Positions 48,288-55,727 of a DNA stretch of 60,310 nt are shown piece by piece (the stretch's first letter is position 1; each line of letters opens with the position of its first letter). The stretch is from a virus (Duplodnaviria; Caudoviricetes). Under the pieces are notes generated by a model that had not been told where the DNA came from, made no database searches, and saw nothing but the letters and a program-made list of their open reading frames with translations. Location of the stretch: the IMG/VR virus record IMGVR_UViG_3300032304_000756, positions 1 to 60,310 of that record. One strand, written 5' to 3'. Both the position numbers and the translations under genes were made by a program.

Positions 48288-48652
48288 GGCTAGCGCAGGC
48301 TAAATTCGTGCGCTCTATACCTGGATCACGGATCGCAGGGACGGAATTCTCTTGCCGTTAAGAGTACTCAGCAACTATCCTTAACAGGACGAGGATCGCA
48401 AATTGCCGCGGTTTTGCTGTTTTAAGAATTAAAGGCTCAAGGAGAGGAGAGACACCTCACGTAAACAAGTATGATAGCAGATATTTGTTTGCCGCCGTTG
48501 TGATAAGACGGAGCTCGTGGTACCGGACAACCGCCACTGTAATGCTCTACTGCTGTGTGACATTGTGCAACTCAGATAATGTTTTTAACTTTGCCCTGTG
48601 CGGGCGAAGTGTGACTGAACAATCTAGATAATGCTAAAGTGCTTCGCACTTA
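48288..48652 (+). ncRNA. Candidate large structured non-coding RNA (family not recognised)
   Basis: No ORF of 60 aa or more on either strand. Around 10 consecutive stems and 2 possible pseudoknots. Many pairs are G-U on the + strand, which favours + orientation. Confidence 0.6.
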
Positions 48653-48730
48653 ATAGTGCTTATATAATTAGAAAGAAAGAAATAGTTCGAGCAACGCGAT
48701 GAACAGATGAACGCAGTGAATCTTGAAGTA

Positions 48731-48970
48731 TTAAAAGAAAGGTAATCCTGACTTCTTAGTAGTTTCCAAGTTCTCTTTAATAATGTCTGCTATGATTTCA
48801 CGATCTTCGAAACTTAGTGCAAACGCATCGTCTACGCTGATACCACCACGCATATACCAAGTTATTTTGATAATGTCTGTTCTAATAGATTTGACTTCCT
48901 TATCGAGCTCTTCAACAACTCGTAATGCATCTTCGAGTCTAAGGTTGAAGAGCTTTATACGAAAAAATTT
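48731..48970 (-). CDS. Unannotated -1-frame ORF downstream of the gp26-like gene (gp51 / gpT-like chaperone extension)
   Basis: Open frame KFFRIKLFNLRLEDALRVVEELDKEVKSIRTDIIKITWYMRGGISVDDAFALSFEDREIIADIIKENLETTKKSGLPFF*. First ATG only at 48853. Confidence 0.75.
   Translation of the reverse strand, partial: KFFRIKLFNLRLEDALRVVEELDKEVKSIRTDIIKITWYMRGGISVDDAFALSFEDREIIADIIKENLETTKKSGLPFF
48906..48970 (-). other. Programmed -1 ribosomal frameshift signal (slippery site + stem-loop)
   Basis: mRNA reads A AAU UUU UUC GUA UAA, then AGCUCUUCAAC...GUUGAAGAGCU (11-bp stem). Confidence 0.7.
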
Positions 48971-49821
48971 GAGGCGTCCAACGAAATAGGTGTTTCAAAC
49001 TCGTCAGGCGCTCCAGCATCTCTTTCCTCTTGGGTGGTAACAATTTTAAACATAGGCATAGTAAACTGATCACGCTGTTTTTCAAGATGATCTGTAACTT
49101 TATTAAAGAATTCTTTGTCTGAGTTACTGACAAATTCGTTGATATATGCTGGGTCAGTTACTTCCCCGTCTGGTGTAACAATTTTATCAATACTCCTAAT
49201 AATAGTTCCAATATTGATTTCTGTTAGAATTTTAAAACTTTTATTAAATTGTTCAATTTTTTGGTGTTCTGACAGCTCTTGACTATTAACTATACTGAAT
49301 ATTCTTTGTTCTTCCAGCGTTTTAATTGAATTTTTGGTATATTCTTGGTAGTTAATAGGACGTACAAATGCAGTTAGTTCATCGTTTATTTTAATTTCTG
49401 TATCATACACCGCGGACAGTAATTTATCTAATGCTAGTCTTAGATCAGTAGTATATGTTTTAGTAATAGCAGTTCCTGGAACTGATATATCCAAATCAAT
49501 TTGTTCTCCGTATGTGGCAATACGGATAGCAATCAATATAGCATCCACATCGATGCTGGGGATCATCCATGCATTTTTAATATTTGGCATACAACTCTGA
49601 ATAACATCCACAGTACCCTGGCCATTCATTAGTGCATCTGGTGTTTTGATTGCAATTTCGTCACGTGCCGTCATAGCATACACTGGAAACTCCATGTTCT
49701 GTGTGTATTCCAAAGAGCCTTTGGGATAAAAGGCACCACTACTGGGCAATTTAACATACAATTTTGGCTGTCTAAAATATTTCTTTAAAGGATTTGATCC
49801 TTGCTGTTCTTGATTTTCCAT
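48955..49821 (-). CDS. Baseplate hub / tail assembly chaperone, gp26-like
   Basis: 'NPLKKYFRQPKLYVKLPS.G.FY', 'MTARDEI', 'DVDAILIAIRIATYGE', C-terminal '..NFF'. Confidence 0.75.
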   Translation of the reverse strand: MENQEQQGSNPLKKYFRQPKLYVKLPSSGAFYPKGSLEYTQNMEFPVYAMTARDEIAIKTPDALMNGQGTVDVIQSCMPNIKNAWMIPSIDVDAILIAIRIATYGEQIDLDISVPGTAITKTYTTDLRLALDKLLSAVYDTEIKINDELTAFVRPINYQEYTKNSIKTLEEQRIFSIVNSQELSEHQKIEQFNKSFKILTEINIGTIIRSIDKIVTPDGEVTDPAYINEFVSNSDKEFFNKVTDHLEKQRDQFTMPMFKIVTTQEERDAGAPDEFETPISLDASNFFV

Positions 49822-49836
49822 GCGTTTTTAACTCCA

Positions 49837-49870
49837 CTAAATAATAGTACTGCTCGTCTTGTTATTTATA
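49837..49870. promoter_or_regulatory. Pair of face-to-face late promoters (+ CTAAATA 49837-49843; - TATAAATA 49863-49870)
   Basis: Both boxes lie in the 74-nt gap between the divergent gp26-like and tape-measure genes. Confidence 0.6.
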
Positions 49871-49895
49871 TACGCAGTTTTTCATGGAAAAATAA

Positions 49896-52283
49896 ATGCC
49901 AGTAAAAGCCATAATACCATCAATTGGTACAGTGATCATCGAAGGAGCCGCAGAAGAAGCAACGATGCGACAGTTGCTTGCGGTCTTGGGTAAACAGCCG
50001 TCGGGAACATCTGGGAAAACTGGATCAGGATCAGGATCAGGAATACCTCCAGGAGGCGGTAACACTAATACAGCCGACTCCAAAAATTTACAAGAGAGGA
50101 TGGAAAAGGGCGCAAAGGCAGAAGAAAGATTCACTGACGTTATGAACGGCAGTGTTGAAGTTTTACAAAAATCTGCTAATAATTTTTCAAGAAGTTTTTC
50201 TAATGCAACTCCCAGTGTAAAGGATTTCAGCGGAGTACTTGCAGATTTTGCTCCTGAACCTTTTGCTAGTGCTATAAATGCATTTGGTGGAACGTTAAGC
50301 GATCAAATAGAAATCTTTAGACATTTGTCGCAGTCAGGTATCGATTTAGGCGACTCATTACTGACTGCGCAATTGAAAGCCGGTGAAGCAAGACTTCCTT
50401 TAGAAATTTTTGCCAAGACAATTAAAGAAAATTCTACATCATTGTCTATGGCGTTTGGTTCTGCCAGTCAAGGAGCAGATAAATTTGCCGCAATACAAGG
50501 CAAATTTATGGAAAAATCAGGACAAAAGTTTGCCGCACTAGGATTTAGCATGGATGAACTAGCAACTTACAATGCTAGTTACATGGAACAATTGAACAGA
50601 AGTGGTAAACTTCGCAGTATGAGTGATGCTGAAGTAGCCGCTGGTGCAGAAAAGTATAATCAAGAACTAGATAAAATGGCCAAGGCCACTGGTGTATCTA
50701 GACAGCAATTAGACGAAGCCAACAAAGCCACACAACGTGATGCTAGAATGAAACTGGCATTGTCAAAATTAGACGAAGGTCAACAAACAGCAGTTAACGC
50801 TAAAATTGCACAGTTAAATCAAATGGATCCTAGTGGTCAACTGGCCGCAGGATTTAAAGATTTGATTGCGGGCGGCGGTGTAGCACTGACCAAAGAAGCA
50901 AGAAACTTCACAATGACCATGTCTGCCGCAGGAGTTGATGCAGGCAAGATGACTAGAGACATTTCCAAAGGTCAGGCAGGTGCTATTGAACAAATGAACG
51001 CTGGATTCTACAAAGCCGGCAAAGCAGGAGAACAACTGTCTGAAGGCCAGAGAACACTGGCAATGGCAACAGCAACCATGGGAAATACTATCCCTGCTCT
51101 GGGTCTTGCACAAATGGCTGGCATGCAAGATACCAATGCCGCTATTGATAAGGCCAGAAAAGAACAGGCAGAAAAAGAAGCAGCCGCAAAAACAGACCCA
51201 ACACGAGCAGTTGCTGGCTTGGATCAAACATTAACAGACGTTCAAAATAGTCTCAAAAAATCATTGATAGAAACAAAGATATTTGAAACAACTGCTAACG
51301 GATTAAAATTTGCTACGGACCAGGCTAAAGCATTAGGCGACAGTTTTGCAAAAATGAGTACAGTTGAAAAAATAGGAACTTTTATTGCACCTGAAGCAGC
51401 CAAAGCCATTGGATCATATATTAAAGATCTTGGTATTACAGCACTACAAACGTTGGCCGGCGCCAAGGCAGCGGGCATGGCTTACGATGCATATAAAGAT
51501 AGCAAAAAAGGAAAAGAGCCTCTGCCCACAGAACCTGATGGCAAAAAACCTGGATCGCCTGGTAAACCGGGAACAGCAGGAAAAATAGGCAAAGAAGCCG
51601 CTGAGGAACTTGGAGAGAAACCAAGTTGGTGGTCAAAACTTGGCGGCGCAATGAAACGAAACAAATGGTATCTTGCAGGAACCGCTGCCGCAGGAGGTCT
51701 CATTTATTTTCATGAAGAACTAACAGATCTTGTACTTCCTGATGCTACAAAATTCATTGCTAATAAAATGACAGCAAATATGAATTTGCCAGCAGGAATG
51801 AACACTGCTGGAGCAAACAATCAACAAAATAATCAAACACAAGCATCAGCACAAAATCAAACAGGACAAATGAATAGAGAAGTGGCTGAACTCAATACAG
51901 CACTTAAATCTACAGATTTTTCTAGACTGGTTATACCAGAGTCTGTGGGAACTAGCATTGATCAAAGTGTCATTAAGTTAAAAACTCTTAAAGATACTAT
52001 TAGCACAACAACTTCAGCATTTAGAGATCTCAACAATGTAAACTTAACTACATTGAATGAAAGTATTAACAAACTGAACTCCACAGTTGAAAAGCAAGGA
52101 GCACAACCAAAAGCAGAAAAAGTTTCAGCAATAGTGCCACAGGGCGCCGAAAAAGAAATGGTAGCCTTGCTAAATCAGTTAAATACAAACATGGGGCAGA
52201 TGGTATCACAACAATCAGACGCCGTAGATTTTTTGAGCAAAACAGCCAAATACACTAGACAAACTTCAAATAATAGTGCATAA
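49896..52283 (+). CDS. Tape-measure-like protein (gp29-like)
   Basis: Long Ala/Gln/Lys-rich helical protein, 'LDKMAKATGVSRQQL'. Adjacent to the chaperone gene. Confidence 0.65.
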   Translation: MPVKAIIPSIGTVIIEGAAEEATMRQLLAVLGKQPSGTSGKTGSGSGSGIPPGGGNTNTADSKNLQERMEKGAKAEERFTDVMNGSVEVLQKSANNFSRSFSNATPSVKDFSGVLADFAPEPFASAINAFGGTLSDQIEIFRHLSQSGIDLGDSLLTAQLKAGEARLPLEIFAKTIKENSTSLSMAFGSASQGADKFAAIQGKFMEKSGQKFAALGFSMDELATYNASYMEQLNRSGKLRSMSDAEVAAGAEKYNQELDKMAKATGVSRQQLDEANKATQRDARMKLALSKLDEGQQTAVNAKIAQLNQMDPSGQLAAGFKDLIAGGGVALTKEARNFTMTMSAAGVDAGKMTRDISKGQAGAIEQMNAGFYKAGKAGEQLSEGQRTLAMATATMGNTIPALGLAQMAGMQDTNAAIDKARKEQAEKEAAAKTDPTRAVAGLDQTLTDVQNSLKKSLIETKIFETTANGLKFATDQAKALGDSFAKMSTVEKIGTFIAPEAAKAIGSYIKDLGITALQTLAGAKAAGMAYDAYKDSKKGKEPLPTEPDGKKPGSPGKPGTAGKIGKEAAEELGEKPSWWSKLGGAMKRNKWYLAGTAAAGGLIYFHEELTDLVLPDATKFIANKMTANMNLPAGMNTAGANNQQNNQTQASAQNQTGQMNREVAELNTALKSTDFSRLVIPESVGTSIDQSVIKLKTLKDTISTTTSAFRDLNNVNLTTLNESINKLNSTVEKQGAQPKAEKVSAIVPQGAEKEMVALLNQLNTNMGQMVSQQSDAVDFLSKTAKYTRQTSNNSA

Positions 52284-52294
52284 TAGGAAATATA

Positions 52295-53989
52295 ATGAGT
52301 TGGAAAAGACATTTCTCTCCAGTAGCAACAGGCAACATTAGCCCAATATCCGGCGCAGGCGGAAAAGCAGGTCCAGCTCGCTCCAACTATAGTTCCTATC
52401 TTCCAGATGTTTACACTGGCAGTCCTAATCGTGTTGAACGCTATATGCAGTACGACACCATGGATTGGGACAGTGAAGTAAATGCCGCACTGGACATCCT
52501 TGCAGAGTTTTGCACACAAAAAAATAAAGAAAACGGTACTCCGTTTACACTTCAATTTAGAAATCGTGCTACAAATTCTGAAATTAAAATCTTAAAAGAA
52601 TACCTACAGCAGTGGACCAAGTTACAAAAACTTGACACACGCATGTTCCGTATTGCACGTAACTTGTTCAAGTATGGTGATGGCTTTTTTGTACGCGATC
52701 CTGAAAATCAAAAATGGTACTACGTTGATCCGGGCAAAGTTGTCAAAATTATTGTCAACGAAAGTGAAGGCAAGCAACCTGAACAGTATGTTGTTCGTGA
52801 TTTAAATATCAATTTGCAGGACTTGGTCGTAACGCAGATCAATCCCAACACGCAAAATCAACAGCCTGGCGGAGCCGCATACACTCAGGGTGGCAGTGGT
52901 GCTCGAGGAATGACTGGTTCGTATCCGCAACAGAGTGGCACACGTTTTAACAAATCACAAAACGAGTTTGCCATTGATGCCAAACACGTGGTCCACCTAA
53001 GTCTCAGTGAAGGCTTGGACAACAATTATCCTTTTGGTAATTCACTGTTAGAAAGTGTTTTTAAAGTTTACAAACAGAAAGAATTACTGGAAGATGCTAT
53101 TATCATCTATCGTATACAACGAGCTCCTGAAAGACGTATTTTCTACATTGACGTAGGTAATATGCCCAGCCATTTGGCCATGAGCTTTGTTGAAAGAGTT
53201 AAAAATGAGATCCATCAAAGACGTATTCCTAGTAGCACAGGCGGTGGCAGTGCTATTGATAGTTCTTATAATCCACTGTCTATCAATGAAGATTACTTCT
53301 TTCCACAGACAGCAGAAGGTCGTGGAAGTAAAGTTGAAACACTTCCAGGCGGCACTAACCTGGGCGAGATTGACGATTTAAAATATTTTACCAACAAGTT
53401 AATGCGTGCCTTGCGTATTCCCAGCAGTTACTTGCCCACAGGTGCAGACGACAGTCAAGCCAGTTTCAATGATGGGCGAGTAGGCACAGCGTACATTCAA
53501 GAACTGCGGTTCAACAAATATTGTGAACGCTTGCAGAACTTAATGGTGTCAACATTTGACACGGAATTTAAACTGTTCTTGTACAACAAAGGTGTGAATA
53601 TCGACTTCAGTTTGTTTGATATACGCTTTCAAAGTCCACAAAACTTTGCCGCGTATCGTCAAGCAGAACTGGACAATCAGCGTATCAGTACATTTGCACA
53701 GGTTGTAGCACTGCCGTTCATGAGCAAACGTTTTAGTTTGAAACGTTTCTTAGGTATGACAGACGAGGACCTTGCAGAAAACGAACGCTTGTGGAAAGAA
53801 GAAAGTGGTATGAGTAAATCCACTCCAATGGATGCCGCCGGAGAATTGCGTACAGCAGGTGTGAGTCCAACAGGCATTGCCGCAGATGCAGGAGCAATGT
53901 CAGGCGAAGCGCCGGCACCCGAAGGTATGGCTCCTGACGCAGGTGCAGAAGGTGCACCAGAAGCCGCACCGGCCGCTCCTCCAGCATAA
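52295..53989 (+). CDS. gp20: Portal protein
   Basis: 'LLEDAIIIYRIQRAPERRIFYIDVGNMP', 'EDYFFP...GRGSKVETLPGG.NLGEIDDLKYF', 'QELRFNKY'. Confidence 0.95.
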   Translation: MSWKRHFSPVATGNISPISGAGGKAGPARSNYSSYLPDVYTGSPNRVERYMQYDTMDWDSEVNAALDILAEFCTQKNKENGTPFTLQFRNRATNSEIKILKEYLQQWTKLQKLDTRMFRIARNLFKYGDGFFVRDPENQKWYYVDPGKVVKIIVNESEGKQPEQYVVRDLNINLQDLVVTQINPNTQNQQPGGAAYTQGGSGARGMTGSYPQQSGTRFNKSQNEFAIDAKHVVHLSLSEGLDNNYPFGNSLLESVFKVYKQKELLEDAIIIYRIQRAPERRIFYIDVGNMPSHLAMSFVERVKNEIHQRRIPSSTGGGSAIDSSYNPLSINEDYFFPQTAEGRGSKVETLPGGTNLGEIDDLKYFTNKLMRALRIPSSYLPTGADDSQASFNDGRVGTAYIQELRFNKYCERLQNLMVSTFDTEFKLFLYNKGVNIDFSLFDIRFQSPQNFAAYRQAELDNQRISTFAQVVALPFMSKRFSLKRFLGMTDEDLAENERLWKEESGMSKSTPMDAAGELRTAGVSPTGIAADAGAMSGEAPAPEGMAPDAGAEGAPEAAPAAPPA

Positions 53990-53992
53990 ATA
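53986..53992 (+). promoter_or_regulatory. Late promoter box (near-leaderless)
   Basis: ATAAATA 5 nt before ATG 53998. Confidence 0.55.
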
Positions 53993-53997
53993 ATAGT

Positions 53998-54234
53998 ATG
54001 ATCCTACGCGAACTATTTTATTTTAATCGTAACACTGCTGAATTAGAGCAGGACGACAAGTATATGGCCGACAGAGACACTGATGTTCTCAGTGGTCTCA
54101 ACGACACACGCAAAACTCGTTTGACTCTTGGTCAAATAAACGAGCTACGCAGAGCATCTGATCAACACATCAAAGAAACTGAACTAGAGCTAGAATTCAT
54201 CGCTCGAATGTACGCGGCTCCTCCAGCCGCTTGA
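53998..54234 (+). CDS. Small head-module protein
   Basis: 'DTRKTRLTLGQINELRR'. Confidence 0.7.
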   Translation: MILRELFYFNRNTAELEQDDKYMADRDTDVLSGLNDTRKTRLTLGQINELRRASDQHIKETELELEFIARMYAAPPAA

Positions 54235-54245
54235 TAAATTAGTAT

Positions 54246-54821
54246 ATGAATCACGCCTTTGTATTAGGCAATGGTCGTAGCCGTATGGCCATTGATCCTA
54301 TTAGACTAAAATCCTTTGGAAAATTGTATGGTTGCAATGCATTATATAGAGATTGCGACCCAGATTATCTAATAGCAGTAGACGCTAAAATGGTTCTAGA
54401 AATCACAGATAAGGCAGTGCATAGACGTATACCAGTATGGACAAATGTCAATACAAAACTTAAAAATATTCACGACTTGAACTTTTTTAATCCCAGTAAA
54501 GGATGGAGCAGTGGGCCTACAGCACTATGGTTGGCCAGCACACACAACTATGATACTATCTATATTCTAGGATTTGATTATAAAGGTATCAACGATAAAC
54601 TAAACAATGTTTACTCGGATACCCCCAATTATAGACGCAGTACAGAGCCAGCAACATTTCATGGTAACTGGCTACGACAAACCGAATCTGTGATCAAAGA
54701 TTTTCCTAACACTAAATACATTAGAATTGTTGAACCTGGCGCCATAGAATTTGGGTGGCAGAAATACAAGAATTATAGTACAATGACGTATGAAGAATTC
54801 AAGTCTGTGATCTTTTACTAA
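54246..54821 (+). CDS. Putative glycosyltransferase-like protein (sialyltransferase/Maf-like Rossmann fold)
   Basis: 'FVLGNGRSR', 'YGCNA', 'SSGPTALWLA', 'IYILGFD' resemble the CstII/GT42/DUF115-type motif series. Confidence 0.55.
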   Translation: MNHAFVLGNGRSRMAIDPIRLKSFGKLYGCNALYRDCDPDYLIAVDAKMVLEITDKAVHRRIPVWTNVNTKLKNIHDLNFFNPSKGWSSGPTALWLASTHNYDTIYILGFDYKGINDKLNNVYSDTPNYRRSTEPATFHGNWLRQTESVIKDFPNTKYIRIVEPGAIEFGWQKYKNYSTMTYEEFKSVIFY

Positions 54822-54835
54822 AATTTCGTATTTTG

Positions 54836-54858
54836 AACCGGTTTGCACCGGTTTTTTT
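54836..54858 (+). terminator. Rho-independent terminator
   Basis: AACCGGT-TTGC-ACCGGTT followed by a T-run. Confidence 0.75.
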
Positions 54859-54867
54859 ATGTACATA

Positions 54868-54874
54868 GTAAATA
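54868..54874 (+). promoter_or_regulatory. Late promoter box (GTAAATA) for the prohead operon
   Basis: Immediately after the terminator, upstream of the AGGAG SD. Confidence 0.55.
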
Positions 54875-54926
54875 CATCGACAGCCTTGCGGGCGAATAGC
54901 CCCATCACAAATATAGGAGAACACAA

Positions 54927-55712
54927 ATGACTGATCGCGCAAAATTTGAGCAGATGCTCGAATATCTAATTAACGAAGACAAATCAAAAGCCGAAGAATT
55001 GTTCCACGAACTAGTGGTTGCAAAATCTCGCGAAATTTACGAAAACTTGTTGGACGATGACTTACAATTCGACCAACAAGCAGAAGAAGCATTTGGCTTA
55101 GAAGCCACAGAAGAGCCATCAACAGACCTACTAGGCGACATTGATGCAGACGAAGAGCCAACAGACGGTGAAGAAGACTTCGGCGACGAAGGCGGCGACG
55201 AAGAGCCAGCAACAGTTGGTGATTTAGACCTAATGAAACAAGATATTATTGACGCATTGACCGCAGAATTTGAACAAATGATGAGCGACAAGAGCGGCGA
55301 TGATGCAGGCATTCCAGCAGGTGGCAACATGGAAATGGGCCCAGAAGAACCAGAAGGTGAAGAAGGTTCAGAAGAAGAGCCTAAAGAAGATTTTGTTATG
55401 GAATATGTAGAAAAAGTAAGTGCTCCTAAAGGTGGCGACAATGGTGTATACACCAAGTCAACAGTTGCAAAGCCAAACAGAATGGGCGGCGATAACATGA
55501 TGTCCGGTAAGCGTGAAGCAGACGGCAAAGGTGGCACACAAGGTGGATTAGCAAATCCATCAACAAAGGATTTGAATTCAGGTAACGTTAATGTGCCTGG
55601 TTCAAAAAATGCGACAAAACTAAGTAGCGTAGCGAAAGGTCACGGAGCAGAGAAGAAAGGTGCCGGCGAAAGCGGTGCCGCTACTAGAAGTATTATTGGT
55701 AGCAAAGGTTAA
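54927..55712 (+). CDS. Acidic prohead core / scaffold-like protein
   Basis: Very E/D-rich and low complexity. Lies between the portal and the protease genes. Confidence 0.6.
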   Translation: MTDRAKFEQMLEYLINEDKSKAEELFHELVVAKSREIYENLLDDDLQFDQQAEEAFGLEATEEPSTDLLGDIDADEEPTDGEEDFGDEGGDEEPATVGDLDLMKQDIIDALTAEFEQMMSDKSGDDAGIPAGGNMEMGPEEPEGEEGSEEEPKEDFVMEYVEKVSAPKGGDNGVYTKSTVAKPNRMGGDNMMSGKREADGKGGTQGGLANPSTKDLNSGNVNVPGSKNATKLSSVAKGHGAEKKGAGESGAATRSIIGSKG

Positions 55713-55727
55713 TTAGGATCCGACTAG

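Noticed and set aside
48288-48730. Group I intron, RNase P RNA, tmRNA or tRNA as the identity of the structured gap
   Set aside because: No interrupted host gene; no recognisable group I P/Q/R/S core in the right order; no RNase P GAGGAAAGUCC motif; no tRNA-like acceptor/T-arm found by eye. An Rfam search is still needed.
48783-49133. ORF-track entries 48783-48989 (+) and 48939-49133 (-)
   Set aside because: Shadow frames. The plausible coding frame is the -1 continuation 48970-48731 on the minus strand.
50022-50039. GGATCA x3 tandem repeat
   Set aside because: Encodes a Gly-Ser linker in the tape-measure-like protein.
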